Shown: piece by piece, positions 22,325-35,657 of the stretch | How the letters are laid out: the number at the start of each line of letters is the position of its first letter | How positions within the stretch are numbered: position 1 is the first letter of the stretch | Assembly (NCBI GenBank): GCA_902602695.1 | Contig: CACKRO010000002.1 | Location: 2,170-66,169 of the forward strand | Length of the DNA stretch: 64,000 bases | Reading direction: 5' to 3' | From: an uncultured Alphaproteobacteria bacterium | GTDB taxonomy: Bacteria > Pseudomonadota > Alphaproteobacteria > HIMB59 > GCA-002718135 | The notes under the pieces: generated by a model | Seen by the model: the letters and a program-made list of their open reading frames with translations, nothing else | Told to the model about the DNA's origin: nothing | Database searches by the model: none | Position numbers and translations under genes: made by a program

Positions 22325-23647
22325 TTAATTTATTTGATCTAGAATTTTTAATTGTTCCTTAGATTTTAAACCAATAAATATTTCAAACTCTATGAGAAAA
22401 TCATCATAACTCATATTAAAATTTTTCCTAAAAGATTCTCTCCATCCTTGGTGGATTTCTCCTTCTTCCCTTTTTTCTAATTCAAGTTCAGCAATATCTT
22501 CATAAAAATCAAAGAATACTTTTTGATTAGATCCACTTAAAGAAGCAAGGTATGCTGTTGCCCACATGCCACCATCATACTCGAAGCCTTGATCACATTT
22601 ACTGCGCAGTTTTATGGCATCTTCTACTCTTTCTACATCTATGAGTTTAATTCCTTTTTTTGCACATTTGCGAAAGGACTTTAGTGTTTGTTTCATAATT
22701 TTTTTATAATCAGCTAAATTATTTTTTCCAATAATATAATAACCAAAATATTCTGCCCCACCTTCTTCAATCCACATTGGCATATCGTCATTAAATTTAT
22801 ACTGGGGAACACCAAAACGTTTTTCATCTTCAAAAAAATTTTTTTTCATATTTTGATGAACATGAAAATATTCATGTGCTACTATTTTTGCAACACTCCA
22901 CGCTTCATTCTTATAATCCCTCCACCAACATTTATTACCTTCAATACTTCCTTTTAATGTTTCAGGTGAAAAATAGGCAGACGCTACACATTCTTTAAAC
23001 CATTTTTTGTTATCACCTCCACCCACTTTTAAACATTCTTCATTGAAATTTTCCCCACGATTTACTTCACACCAATTTTGAGCAACTTTTTTTAGATTAG
23101 ATTTTTTTTCATTCCAGATAATAACATGAGTTTCCGCAATGGGTTTTTGACCAAGCTCTAGGTAGGAATATTCAAGGGTTTCCATAAATAAACTGTGAAC
23201 ATCATCAGGGACTCCTTTATATTTTGGAAATATAATTTTTTCCTGCCCATACCAGTCTGGTATTCTATATTCATATTCAACCATGCTGGCTGAATTGTCA
23301 TACTCTCTTTCTCCTTCATCATTTGTAACAAAGGCAACATTTTCCCAAATAATCTTGTCGTTAAGAGCAAATGGTTCACACTTACCTGAAATATTATTTT
23401 CTTTTCTCCATTTTTCACAATTTTTAAAAGCTGCTTTTTTTGCTTTCTCTTCTGAATTTTCACCAATAGTCATTCCATATTCACATTCATCATCGCTGAC
23501 TACAACATAAAACGCAGCATGTTGATCTTTTGCCTCTTCTTGATATTCTTTAAATGGTTCGTCCATTATCCAACTACATATTTGAGGATTGGCAAATAAA
23601 TTCTGGGAATTAACTAATAAAAATAAAATTATTAGTAAGATTTTCAT
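22325..23647 (-). CDS. secreted putative zinc metallopeptidase (HExxH...EGxAEY, peptidase-MA-like) with a Cys-rich N-terminal domain
   Basis: A signal peptide MKILLIILFLLVNSQNLFA, then AHEYFHVHQ, and WIEEGGAEYF about 30 aa later. The N-terminal 100 aa resemble a DUF4189-type Cys domain. Confidence 0.45.
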   Translation of the reverse strand: MKILLIILFLLVNSQNLFANPQICSWIMDEPFKEYQEEAKDQHAAFYVVVSDDECEYGMTIGENSEEKAKKAAFKNCEKWRKENNISGKCEPFALNDKIIWENVAFVTNDEGEREYDNSASMVEYEYRIPDWYGQEKIIFPKYKGVPDDVHSLFMETLEYSYLELGQKPIAETHVIIWNEKKSNLKKVAQNWCEVNRGENFNEECLKVGGGDNKKWFKECVASAYFSPETLKGSIEGNKCWWRDYKNEAWSVAKIVAHEYFHVHQNMKKNFFEDEKRFGVPQYKFNDDMPMWIEEGGAEYFGYYIIGKNNLADYKKIMKQTLKSFRKCAKKGIKLIDVERVEDAIKLRSKCDQGFEYDGGMWATAYLASLSGSNQKVFFDFYEDIAELELEKREEGEIHQGWRESFRKNFNMSYDDFLIEFEIFIGLKSKEQLKILDQIN

Positions 23648-24306
23648 TTTATGTTTAGTAAATTAATCTCTATAATTTTGATTAAGTACTCAACAAGATC
23701 AGTTTGCATATCAATTGTAAATTTATTTTTATCTTTTGATCCCATTGCCAAGATAATACTATCTTCATGAAATTTAATTTTTAATAATATATATGATTTT
23801 ACCATTGCTGATTTATTTGGAAAAAATAAATGAAGACCTTTTGGATTTTGATTTAAATTAGTAGCCATTTTGGTTTTAAAATAACTATTTGCAATTTTAG
23901 TATCAAGTTGAGACAAGTTTTCTACACTAACATTTTCATTTGTAATAAAACAATTCATTTCATCACAACCTAAAATTATTTTAAGATCATTTTTAATTAA
24001 GCCTATTAATTTTGGTAAACTTTTAATATTTAAAATTCTAATTGTAGATTTAAGAATTCTTTTTTGAGCATTTAAATGACTTTTGCCTGCAAGTAGTACT
24101 TTTGTCATTTGATTTTGTAAGTCTATATTTTGTTGTGATATTTTTTTATATCTATAAGCCTCTAAATCAATAACCTTATCTGAACTATTATCTAGATTTG
24201 GAAAATTTAGTTCATTAACTAATTCAGAATTTTTAATAAAAAAATTTTTATTTTTTTTTAAAAAACTTATTATTTCTTTTTCTCTAATTTCATCTTCATT
24301 TGCCAT
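23644..24306 (-). CDS. DUF484 family protein
   Basis: The start is moved to ATG 24306 (MANEDE...) to avoid overlap with tal. The N-terminus IISFLKKNKNFFIKNSELVNEL matches the DUF484 YL..nP.FF pattern. Confidence 0.5.
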   Translation of the reverse strand: MANEDEIREKEIISFLKKNKNFFIKNSELVNELNFPNLDNSSDKVIDLEAYRYKKISQQNIDLQNQMTKVLLAGKSHLNAQKRILKSTIRILNIKSLPKLIGLIKNDLKIILGCDEMNCFITNENVSVENLSQLDTKIANSYFKTKMATNLNQNPKGLHLFFPNKSAMVKSYILLKIKFHEDSIILAMGSKDKNKFTIDMQTDLVEYLIKIIEINLLNIK

Positions 24307-24311
24307 GATGA

Positions 24312-24971
24312 TTATTTTGGCAAAATTTGTTGTCCTGTTTTTGCCCAATCATCAAGAAATGCTTTAAGCCCTTTATCTGTGAGAGGATGTTTATATAATT
24401 CGTGAATAACCTTAGGCGGTAGAGTTGAAACATGGGCACCAATCACAGCTGCATCAATCAAATGTTGCGTGTTTCTTACTGAAGCAACTAATACTTCCGT
24501 GTCAAATCCATAATTTTCATACATTATTACTATATCTGAAATCAGATCCATTCCTTTTTCACCAATGTCATCTAATCTTCCCACAAATGGAGAAATAAAT
24601 GTTGCACCAACCTTAGCGGCTAGTAATGCTTGAGCAGCACTAAAACACAATGTTACATTTACCATGATATCTTTTTCTCTAAGAGCTTTGCAAGTTTGAA
24701 GACCAGCAGGTGTGAGAGGAACTTTTACGGCAACATTCTTAGCTAATGATGCTAAGTACTCACCTTCTTCAAGCATTTTGTCATACTCGGTTGCTGTCAC
24801 TTCTGCACTTACTGGACCAGATACTATTGAAGAAATTGTTTTGATTGTTTCTCCCATATCCTTACCGCTTTTTGCAATAAGAGATGGGTTTGTCGTAACA
24901 CCATCTATTAATCCACTAGGCATTAACTCTTGAATTTCAGCTATATCGGCAGTGTCTATAAAAAATTTCAT
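24312..24971 (-). CDS. tal: transaldolase (short, fructose-6-phosphate-aldolase-like type)
   Basis: [10 protein letters not shown]..., GVTTNPSL and VKVPLT (Schiff-base Lys) in about 219 aa. Confidence 0.88.
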   Translation of the reverse strand: MKFFIDTADIAEIQELMPSGLIDGVTTNPSLIAKSGKDMGETIKTISSIVSGPVSAEVTATEYDKMLEEGEYLASLAKNVAVKVPLTPAGLQTCKALREKDIMVNVTLCFSAAQALLAAKVGATFISPFVGRLDDIGEKGMDLISDIVIMYENYGFDTEVLVASVRNTQHLIDAAVIGAHVSTLPPKVIHELYKHPLTDKGLKAFLDDWAKTGQQILPK

Positions 24972-25034
24972 TGTTTATTGTATACCATATACAAGTTATT
25001 TAGAAAGTTAACATATTAAAAATACATATATATA

Positions 25035-26990
25035 ATGTTGTACGATGTAGTAGTAACAAGACCTTTCGACAAAGTTTTCACTTATTCTTCAACAAATGAG
25101 CAACTTGAAATTGGTCAAGTAGTCTTAGTTCCATTTGGAAAAAAAATAGAAGCTGGAATTATTAGGAAGAAGAATGTTAAAAATCCTGGATACGAAATAA
25201 AAGAGGTTACAAAAATTTGTAATGATCTTATCCTTCAGAACTCTTCAATCGATTTTATCAATTGGATCGCAAGTTATACTTTAGCTCCACTAGGAGCAGT
25301 TTTAAAATTATTTCTTATTAACAATGATATAGTTGATTTTGATAAAGAAAAATTAGATAGTTTCAATAACACCGAACCTTCTTTAGTGACCTTGAGTGAA
25401 GAGCAAGCAAATTCATTCAAAGAAATTACACAATCATTTAATAAATCAAACAAACCTGTTTTATTAGAAGGTGTAACAGGCTCTGGTAAAACTGAAGTAT
25501 ATTTTGAAATAATAGATAAATTTTTAAAAGAAAAAAAACAAATATTAATAATGGTTCCAGAAATTAGCCTAACACCGCAATTAGAGACAAGAGTAAAGAA
25601 GCGTTTTGGTATGGAAGTGTGTTTGTGGCATTCTAAAATTACAAAAAAAAATAGGCAAAAAATTTGGCATAAATGTTTTGCTGGAGATCCAGTAATTGTT
25701 ATTGGCGCTCGTTCAAGTTTGTTTCTTCCTTTTACAAACTTAGGATTAATTGTTGTCGATGAAGAACATGATTCTAGTTATAAACAAGAGGACAATATAC
25801 GTTACCAAGCAAGAGATCTTGCAGTTGTAAGAGCTAAAATTGAAAAAAATTTTATATTATTAGCTTCGGCAACGCCGTCTTTAGAAACAATAAATAATGT
25901 TAAAATTAAAAAATATGATCAAGTCTATTTGTCAAAACAATTTTCTGGAACTCCATTACCTGAAATTTCTATAATTGATTTAAATAAAAATAAACTTGAT
26001 AAAGATAAATGGATATCACAATCAATTATAGATTCTATTTCTCAGTGTTTAGAAAATAAGGAACAAACTCTTATTTTTTTAAATCGTAGAGGATACTCAC
26101 CATTAACCTTGTGTAATAGTTGTGGATTCAGATATGAATGTGATCAATGTTCATCATGGATGGTTATGCATCAACACAAAAAAGTTTTCTTATGCCATCA
26201 ATGTGGAACTATAAAAAAATTAAATTTAGATTGTCCTCAATGTAATGAAAAAGATAGTATAAAATTTGTTGGTCCTGGAGTTGAGAGAGTTGCAGAGGAG
26301 CTAAAAGAATTCTTTCCTGGAAAAAATATTTCCATCATGTCTAGCGATAATGTAAACACACCAAACAAAATTAAAAAATTTATTACTGATATAAACAACA
26401 AAGATATAGATATAATTGTAGCTACACAAATTATGGCAAAAGGATACGATTTTCCAAATTTGTCTTTAGTGGGAATAGTTGATGCAGATGCAGGTTTATT
26501 TGGAGGCGATCCAAGAGCAATAGAAAAAACTTTTAACCTTCTTCAGCAAGTTGGAGGAAGAGCTGGTAGAGGAAAAAAAATTGGTAAAGTTTTTCTTCAA
26601 ACATATTTTCCAGATCAAGAAATAATTAAGTCGATTCAACTTCGTGAAAGAGAAGCTTTTATTGAAAGAGCTTTAGAAGAGAGAAAGAATTTTAATATTC
26701 CTCCTTTTGGTTTTATGACTTCAATTATTATTTCTAGTCACACAAAGGCTTTAGTTCTTAAATATGCTTCAAGACTGGCTCAACAAGATCAAAATAGTGA
26801 AAATATTAAAATTCTAGGTCCAGTTGAAGCTCCAATTTCCTTGCTTAGAGGACAATATCGATACAGAATATTATTGAAGAGTAATAGTAGAAAAAATCTG
26901 AATAAATTCACAAAAAAAATTGTCGAAAAGACTAAATTGCCTTCTTCTGTAAAGTTAATTATTGATGTCGATCCCTACTCATTTATGTAA
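25035..26990 (+). CDS. priA: primosomal protein N' (replication restart helicase)
   Basis: Walker A GVTGSGKTEVY, a DEEH box and a Cys4-Cys4 zinc-binding insertion (CNSCG...CDQC...CHQCG...CPQC). Confidence 0.9.
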   Translation: MLYDVVVTRPFDKVFTYSSTNEQLEIGQVVLVPFGKKIEAGIIRKKNVKNPGYEIKEVTKICNDLILQNSSIDFINWIASYTLAPLGAVLKLFLINNDIVDFDKEKLDSFNNTEPSLVTLSEEQANSFKEITQSFNKSNKPVLLEGVTGSGKTEVYFEIIDKFLKEKKQILIMVPEISLTPQLETRVKKRFGMEVCLWHSKITKKNRQKIWHKCFAGDPVIVIGARSSLFLPFTNLGLIVVDEEHDSSYKQEDNIRYQARDLAVVRAKIEKNFILLASATPSLETINNVKIKKYDQVYLSKQFSGTPLPEISIIDLNKNKLDKDKWISQSIIDSISQCLENKEQTLIFLNRRGYSPLTLCNSCGFRYECDQCSSWMVMHQHKKVFLCHQCGTIKKLNLDCPQCNEKDSIKFVGPGVERVAEELKEFFPGKNISIMSSDNVNTPNKIKKFITDINNKDIDIIVATQIMAKGYDFPNLSLVGIVDADAGLFGGDPRAIEKTFNLLQQVGGRAGRGKKIGKVFLQTYFPDQEIIKSIQLREREAFIERALEERKNFNIPPFGFMTSIIISSHTKALVLKYASRLAQQDQNSENIKILGPVEAPISLLRGQYRYRILLKSNSRKNLNKFTKKIVEKTKLPSSVKLIIDVDPYSFM

Positions 26991-27108
26991 ATTACCCACA
27001 ATTTTAAAAATATTTTGGATTTAACTCATTTGACGCACAAACTGACAGTTTACCTGCTTTTTCTGATGTGTTATTAGCCTACACCTAATCTTCTTATGAA
27101 TTATATTT

Positions 27109-27666
27109 ATGGCATCTAATACTTTATCTGGAGACCTTATATCTGAAAGGTACGGAGCAGCTCTCTATGATCTTGCTTCTGAAAAAAAATGTATTGATGA
27201 TATTCTAAATGACTTTGAATTAGTGCAAAAAGCATTGATAGAAAGTTCAGAATTGAGACAAGTTATTAAAAGCCCATTAGTAAATTCAGATGAGAAGCTT
27301 AATATTTTGCTAAAATTATTTTCTAAAGCAAATTTACATAATCTTACAACAACGTTTTTAAAAGTTCTTGATAACAATAAAAGAATTTCAAATATCGCTT
27401 CTATTATTTTACAATTTAAAAAAATAAACTCTGAAAAAAGAGGTGATATTACTGCTGACATAACATCAGCAAACATGTTATCCGATGACGAAAAAAATAA
27501 TATTACAAATCAACTTAAAAAATCTTTAGGTGAAAAATTATCTTTAAATTTTGATGTTGATGAAGACATTATAGGTGGTTTAATTGTTAAGGTTGGTTCC
27601 AAAATGATTGATACATCTATAGCGAATAAAATTAATAAACTTAAAATTGCAATGAAGGGGGCATAA
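27109..27666 (+). CDS. atpH: F1 ATP synthase delta (OSCP) subunit
   Basis: The [10 protein letters not shown] start, the size, and its position ahead of atpA. Confidence 0.85.
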   Translation: MASNTLSGDLISERYGAALYDLASEKKCIDDILNDFELVQKALIESSELRQVIKSPLVNSDEKLNILLKLFSKANLHNLTTTFLKVLDNNKRISNIASIILQFKKINSEKRGDITADITSANMLSDDEKNNITNQLKKSLGEKLSLNFDVDEDIIGGLIVKVGSKMIDTSIANKINKLKIAMKGA

Positions 27667-29201
27667 TGGAAATTAAAGCTGCAGAAATATCGTCTGTAAT
27701 TAAAGACCAAATAGCTAATTTTGAAACTAAAGCGGATGTTGCTGAGGTTGGAACAGTACTAAGTGTTGGAGATGGAATTGCACGTGTATATGGTCTTGAT
27801 CAAGTACAAGCTGGAGAGATGGTAGAATTCCCAGGCGGCATTAAAGGTATGGCCCTCAACCTTGAAATGGATAACGTTGGTGTTTCAATCTTCGGTGATG
27901 ATACTGGAATTAAAGAAGGTGATACAGTTAAACGTACGGGAGAAATTGTTGACGTTCCTGTTGGAAAAGAATTGTTAGGACGTGTTGTTGATGGTTTAGG
28001 AAATCCTATTGATGGTAAAGGTCCTATTCAATCTTCTGAAAAGAGAAGAATTGAATTAAAAGCCCCAGGTATTATTCCTCGTCAAAGTGTATCTGAGCCT
28101 ATGCAGACAGGTATTAAAGCACTTGATGCTCTTGTTCCAGTTGGAAGAGGACAACGTGAATTAATAATTGGTGACAGACAAACAGGTAAAACTGCTGTTG
28201 CTATTGATACGATTTTAAATCAAAAATCTGTTAATCTATCAAACAAGGAAAAAGAAAAATTGTATTGTATCTATGTTGCGATTGGTCAAAAAAGATCAAC
28301 AGTTGCCCAAATTGTAAAAACATTAGAAGATAATGGTGCAATGGAATATACAATTGTTGTATCTGCAACTGCATCAGAGCCTGCTCCATTGCAATTTTTA
28401 TCAGCTTATACTGGTTGTACTATGGGTGAATATTTTAGAGATAACGGTATGCATGCATTGATTGTTTATGATGATTTATCAAAGCAAGCTGTTGCTTATA
28501 GACAGATGTCTCTTTTATTAAGAAGACCTCCTGGACGTGAAGCATATCCTGGAGATGTATTTTATATACACAGTCGTCTTTTAGAAAGAGCTGCTAAAAT
28601 GAGTGATGAACACGGTGGCGGAAGTTTAACCGCTCTTCCAATTATTGAGACTCAAGCTGGAGACTTATCTGCTTACATTCCAACAAATGTCATTTCGATT
28701 ACTGATGGACAAATATTTTTAGAAACAAACTTATTTTTTGCTGGTATTCGTCCTGCGATTAACGTTGGTCTTTCAGTAAGTCGTGTTGGTTCTGCAGCTC
28801 AAACAAAAGCAATGAAAAAAATTGCTGGTCCTGTAAAACTAGAATTAGCTCAATATCGTGAGATGGCCGCTTTTGCACAGTTTGCATCAGACTTAGATGC
28901 TTCAACGAAACAATTACTTGATCGTGGCGCAAGATTAGTTGAAATTCTGAAACAAGGACAATATTCTCCGTTAACAGTTTCTGAGCAAGTTGTGTCTATA
29001 TATGCAGGCGTTCGTGGTTACTTAGACAAAGTAGCCGTCAATGATGTTGTTCGTTTTGAAACAGAAGTTTTGAATGAAATGAGGTCTAGTCATTCTGATT
29101 TATTAGATGCTATCGCAAACGAAAAAGAATTATCCAAAGAAAATGATGATAAATTAAAATCTATCTTAGATAATATTGTTGAAAAATTCACGAGTAACTA
29201 A
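27666..29201 (+). CDS. atpA: F1 ATP synthase alpha subunit
   Basis: GDRQTGKTA Walker A plus alpha-subunit motifs throughout. Confidence 0.97.
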   Translation: MEIKAAEISSVIKDQIANFETKADVAEVGTVLSVGDGIARVYGLDQVQAGEMVEFPGGIKGMALNLEMDNVGVSIFGDDTGIKEGDTVKRTGEIVDVPVGKELLGRVVDGLGNPIDGKGPIQSSEKRRIELKAPGIIPRQSVSEPMQTGIKALDALVPVGRGQRELIIGDRQTGKTAVAIDTILNQKSVNLSNKEKEKLYCIYVAIGQKRSTVAQIVKTLEDNGAMEYTIVVSATASEPAPLQFLSAYTGCTMGEYFRDNGMHALIVYDDLSKQAVAYRQMSLLLRRPPGREAYPGDVFYIHSRLLERAAKMSDEHGGGSLTALPIIETQAGDLSAYIPTNVISITDGQIFLETNLFFAGIRPAINVGLSVSRVGSAAQTKAMKKIAGPVKLELAQYREMAAFAQFASDLDASTKQLLDRGARLVEILKQGQYSPLTVSEQVVSIYAGVRGYLDKVAVNDVVRFETEVLNEMRSSHSDLLDAIANEKELSKENDDKLKSILDNIVEKFTSN

Positions 29202-29204
29202 TTA

Positions 29205-31533
<2,329 letters not shown>

Positions 31534-31534
<1 letters not shown>

Positions 31535-31932
31535 TGGCAACAATTTCTTTTGATTTAGTTTCCCCAGAAAATCTCATTTTTAATGATGAGGTTGGAACTA
31601 TAATTGTTCCAGGTAAAGATGGTGATCTCGGTGTTTTGCCCGGACATACCCAAGTAATGTCCTCATTAAGGCCTGGGAGAGTGATGGTTTATAGCGAGGA
31701 TAAAAACTTAGTTAAATCATTTTTTGTATCAGGTGGTTTTGCTGAAATTAATCCAGAAAAATGTATCGTCCTAGCAGAAAGTGTAGTTGAATTAAATTCT
31801 TTAGATAAGTCTTCGATTGAAAAAGAAATAGAAGAACTAGGTAGCAAGGAAGATAAAGAATCAGTTGAACAATTGTCTATAGCAAAAGCTAAACTAGAGG
31901 CTGTAACTGTAAGTTTTTATGATAAGATTTAA
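31534..31932 (+). CDS. atpC: F1 ATP synthase epsilon subunit
   Basis: The size, its position, and the GDLGVLPGH motif. Confidence 0.88.
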
Positions 31933-32966
31933 TTTCTAGATTCAACAGAATCTATTAAATTTTTAGCATTATTATAAAACAAATCTTCCTTTTCATTTTC
32001 TTTTATAAAAGTATTTTGAATTCCTCTTTTCATAGCTCGTAATTGCTCATACCTAATAAATGTCATTCGATCATCACAATGACTTAAAGCTAAATTATGA
32101 TTATCAGAGCTTATTGCTGACCAAGCTTTCCCAAAAGTAATATATTTTCCTTTCATTCTTCCTATCATATCGTCAGATCCATACATTATTTTTTCAAGAC
32201 CAACTCCTTGATACAAAGCATTAATTGAATCAGATTCACATACTGTAGAACAATCAAACCAAATATTATTTAAATCTCTTATTTTTTTAATTCCTTTTTC
32301 TAAAGCCCAAGCAGAATAACTTCTAGCACAGTGAGCAAGTATCCATTTAACGTTAGGATACTTATTACTCAAATAAATTAAGTCATTAATATTATCATCG
32401 TCTGCAATCGCATCTTTTTTTGCTAAATGCATCATAACAATAAGTCCAAATTTATGTGCAATTTCTATTTGCTCTTCACTTATGAAATCTAATATTCTAC
32501 AATTAATCGTATCATTAGTTTTTGAATAAAACCTATAAGGTTTAAATCCTTTAATGTTATTTTTTAATAAAAGCTCTTCAATATAATTTTTACCCATATT
32601 TGGGTTAATTAAAATTAAGCAATTATTTTCAGTATGTGATTTAGTTTGTTCTAAAATATATTCATTTGAAGCTTCAAAGTTACATGGATATTTGAAGGGA
32701 AAAGGAAAACTTAATCTATTTACCACTCTATTAGGCATAAGTAATTGATCCACTTGATCTGCAAGTTTCATAGATACTTCACTAAAATATTTCCCTTGAA
32801 AATTCCTTTCATCCATATTCTTCTTCGGATTTTGATTAAAACTCCACTTATAAATATGTGTATGAATGTCGAAAATATTTTTAGGAACAAAATCCTCTAA
32901 CTCTTCATCCCATATTTCTTTATCTAAGCTTGTGATTACTAGTTCGGGATTTTCATTAAACATCAT
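31929..32966 (-). CDS. amidohydrolase-2-type metal-dependent hydrolase (TIM barrel)
   Basis: DIHTHIY metal-binding start plus later HLAK and H..A motifs. The substrate is unknown. Confidence 0.5.
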   Translation of the reverse strand: MMFNENPELVITSLDKEIWDEELEDFVPKNIFDIHTHIYKWSFNQNPKKNMDERNFQGKYFSEVSMKLADQVDQLLMPNRVVNRLSFPFPFKYPCNFEASNEYILEQTKSHTENNCLILINPNMGKNYIEELLLKNNIKGFKPYRFYSKTNDTINCRILDFISEEQIEIAHKFGLIVMMHLAKKDAIADDDNINDLIYLSNKYPNVKWILAHCARSYSAWALEKGIKKIRDLNNIWFDCSTVCESDSINALYQGVGLEKIMYGSDDMIGRMKGKYITFGKAWSAISSDNHNLALSHCDDRMTFIRYEQLRAMKRGIQNTFIKENEKEDLFYNNAKNLIDSVESRN

Positions 32967-33426
32967 TTAGGATATCTTTAAACTCAGTTTGAATTTTTTG
33001 ATAAACATTTTTTTTAAATGGAACTACATAATGGGTTATTTCATTATAATTCATCCATTTCCAATCACTAAATTCGGGATTTTCTGTTCCCACATTTATA
33101 TCACTATCATCACCTATAAAGTTAAATAAAAACCATTTTTGAATTTGACCCATGTATTCATTTCCCCAAGGCAGAGTTTTTAAAATTTTACTTGGGATTT
33201 CATAGGAGATCCATTCTTTAGATGAAGCAATTAGGGAGGCTTTATTAGTACCAATTTCTTCCATCATTTCTCTCCAAACTGCTTCTTCAGGATTTTCATC
33301 TTCATCAATACCACCTTGTGGCATTTGCCAATATCCGCTAGGATTATCTAATCTTTTACCAACTAAAATCTGATTTTTTGTATTGAGAATCATCATTCCC
33401 ACACATTTTCTATATTTTGTTTGCAT
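32956..33426 (-). CDS. rppH: RNA pyrophosphohydrolase (Nudix)
   Basis: YWQMPQGGIDEDENPEEAVWREMMEEIG is a Nudix box of the RppH type. Confidence 0.8.
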   Translation of the reverse strand: MQTKYRKCVGMMILNTKNQILVGKRLDNPSGYWQMPQGGIDEDENPEEAVWREMMEEIGTNKASLIASSKEWISYEIPSKILKTLPWGNEYMGQIQKWFLFNFIGDDSDINVGTENPEFSDWKWMNYNEITHYVVPFKKNVYQKIQTEFKDILNDV

Positions 33427-33428
33427 TA

Positions 33429-34724
33429 TTATTCTTGGATTTCATTAAAGAGACTCACTCCCTGTACAAGATCAAAGGCTCTACGAAGTTGATAATCAAG
33501 CTCTAATCGTTTTTCAAATTCACTTAACTTACTATCTTCATTATCTTTCAAATCTTCTTCATTATCCTTATCAAGAGAATCTTTTAAATCTGACTCAGAA
33601 AATCTTTTATAATTAAAGGATTCAAATTCTCCTTGCTCAATGATTATATCGGGAGTAATACCTTTACCTTGGATTGATTCACCTGAAGGAGTATAATATC
33701 TAGCTGTAGTTAGTCTTATACCAGTGAGATTATCACTATTTGAAACTTGAAAGGGAATTATTGTTTGTACTGATCCCTTACCAAAAGATTGGGTACCTAT
33801 AATTATTGCCCTTTTATGATCTTGAAGTGCACCAGCAACAATTTCAGAAGCAGATGCTGAGCCGCCATCAATAATAACAACAAGTGGTTTTCCATTAGTT
33901 CTATCTGACTTCTTTGCTCGATATCTTCTAATATCTTTTTTATCTCTACCTCTTGTTGAAACAATTTCTCCTCTTTCTAAGAATATATCCGTTACCTTAA
34001 CTGCTTGAGTAAGAAGACCCCCCGGGTTAGACCGAACATCTAAAACGTAACCCTTTATTTGATTTTCTTTTTCAATTTTCTTTATAGCTTCAAGCAGACC
34101 ACTTTCTGTCTGTTCGTTAAAAGACGTTATTCTTAAATATCCAATATTGTTAAGTACTTCACTTTTTACTGATCTAATTTTTATATAATCTCTAATAATT
34201 TCAATCTCAAATGGCTCAGTATTTGCTCTTGAAATAGTAATTACAATTGACTCACCTTTTTTACCTCTCATTAATTCAACAGCTTCATTTAGAGTAAGAC
34301 CAAACACAGGTGTTTCGTCTATTTGAATTATGTAATCACCAGCAAGAACTCCAGCTTCATATGCTGGTGTATCTTCTATCGGAGCTATAACTTTTACAAA
34401 ACCTTCTTCCATAGTAATTTCAATACCTAATCCTCCAAATTTACCCTCTGTATCCATTTGCATTTCTTGAAATACTTCTTCATTCATAAAACCTGAATGA
34501 GGATCTAAGCCTGACAACATACCATCAATCGCTTTTTCAATTAATTCTTGATCCGTAACTTCTTCCACATAAGAAGATCTTACCCTTTCAAATACTTGCC
34601 CAAATAGATCTAAATATTTATATTTTTCTTCATCTGAAGAAGAGCCGTATGTTTTAGGTGCCAGAAGTGTAATGAAGATGAAGGTAAATATTACTTTTAA
34701 AAATACTTTTTTTGAAATTGTCAT
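33429..34724 (-). CDS. ctpA: carboxyl-terminal processing protease (S41)
   Basis: A signal sequence, a PDZ region, RSNPGGLL, and GSASASEI with GT.SFGKGSVQ. Confidence 0.85.
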   Translation of the reverse strand: MTISKKVFLKVIFTFIFITLLAPKTYGSSSDEEKYKYLDLFGQVFERVRSSYVEEVTDQELIEKAIDGMLSGLDPHSGFMNEEVFQEMQMDTEGKFGGLGIEITMEEGFVKVIAPIEDTPAYEAGVLAGDYIIQIDETPVFGLTLNEAVELMRGKKGESIVITISRANTEPFEIEIIRDYIKIRSVKSEVLNNIGYLRITSFNEQTESGLLEAIKKIEKENQIKGYVLDVRSNPGGLLTQAVKVTDIFLERGEIVSTRGRDKKDIRRYRAKKSDRTNGKPLVVIIDGGSASASEIVAGALQDHKRAIIIGTQSFGKGSVQTIIPFQVSNSDNLTGIRLTTARYYTPSGESIQGKGITPDIIIEQGEFESFNYKRFSESDLKDSLDKDNEEDLKDNEDSKLSEFEKRLELDYQLRRAFDLVQGVSLFNEIQE

Positions 34725-34729
34725 ATAAT

Positions 34730-35065
34730 TTAAGCTAGTTTAGTTTGTGAAGAATCAAAGCTTACTTCCCATAATTTTTCTAATGCATATAATTCTCTGA
34801 TTTCTTGTCGAAACAAATGAACAATGATTTCACCTGCATCAACAATTATCCAGTCACACTGAGGTCTTCCTTCAGGATTGGGGCATTTTATTCCCACTTT
34901 TTTTAATTTTTTTACCATTTCGTCTGCTGTAGCATCTGAATGTCTAGTTGATCTACAGGTAGCAATAACAAAGGCATCAGCAACAGATGATTTGTTAGAT
35001 AAATCGATAACTCTTATATCTTCAGCTTTTGCATCACTTAGTATTGATACAATATTTTCTGTCAA
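34730..35065 (-). CDS. rsfS: ribosome silencing factor
   Basis: Iojap-like: DWIIVDAGEIIVHLF..E.R..Y.LE.LW. Confidence 0.8.
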   Translation of the reverse strand: MTENIVSILSDAKAEDIRVIDLSNKSSVADAFVIATCRSTRHSDATADEMVKKLKKVGIKCPNPEGRPQCDWIIVDAGEIIVHLFRQEIRELYALEKLWEVSFDSSQTKLA

Positions 35066-35078
35066 TGAAGTAACTTTA

Positions 35079-35657
35079 TTAATATTTGCCTCTTAATTTA
35101 TTTCTTTGATTTCTAATTTCAGATGATGAAATTTTAATTTCTTTATTTTGTATCAAAGTCCATGCAGGAAATTTTTTTGAAACATGTTCTATGTCTTGAG
35201 CTATATATTTATTATTAATAAATTTTTTTGCTGCAACACTTTTCAAAGCATTTGTATTATATCCATGTCTTCTAAAAATAACAATAGAGATAATATGAAA
35301 AATTGATTGCCATTTTTCCCATTCGTGGAAATTAACTAAATTGTCTGCACCCATTAACCAAAAAAATTTTATATTTTTATAATATTGAATAAGAAATTTA
35401 ATTGTTTGATAAGAATATTGAGATTTAATTTTTTTTTCTACTTCTAATATTTTTATAGGAAAATTTTTTGTAATTTGTTTACAATTTCGTAATCTTTCTT
35501 CGTATGTTGCAGGTTTTGAAATTTTCAAAGGGTTCTGAGGTGTAACAAGCCACCAAATTTCATCTAGCTGTAATACTTTTTTAGCTTCATTTGAAATAAA
35601 TAGATGCCCCCGATGTGGGGGATCAAAAGATCCTCCAAGAAGTCCGATCTTTTTCAA
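35079..35657 (-). CDS. nadD: nicotinate-nucleotide adenylyltransferase
   Basis: IGLLGGSFDPPHRGH motif and ISSSEIR near the C-terminus. Confidence 0.8.
   Translation of the reverse strand: MKKIGLLGGSFDPPHRGHLFISNEAKKVLQLDEIWWLVTPQNPLKISKPATYEERLRNCKQITKNFPIKILEVEKKIKSQYSYQTIKFLIQYYKNIKFFWLMGADNLVNFHEWEKWQSIFHIISIVIFRRHGYNTNALKSVAAKKFINNKYIAQDIEHVSKKFPAWTLIQNKEIKISSSEIRNQRNKLRGKY

Noticed and set aside
23644-24348. A longer DUF484 ORF starting at 24348 and overlapping the tal 3' end by 37 nt.
   Set aside because: The in-frame ATG at 24306 (MANEDE...) removes the overlap. The extra 14 residues ([14 protein letters not shown]) are an out-of-frame read of tal.
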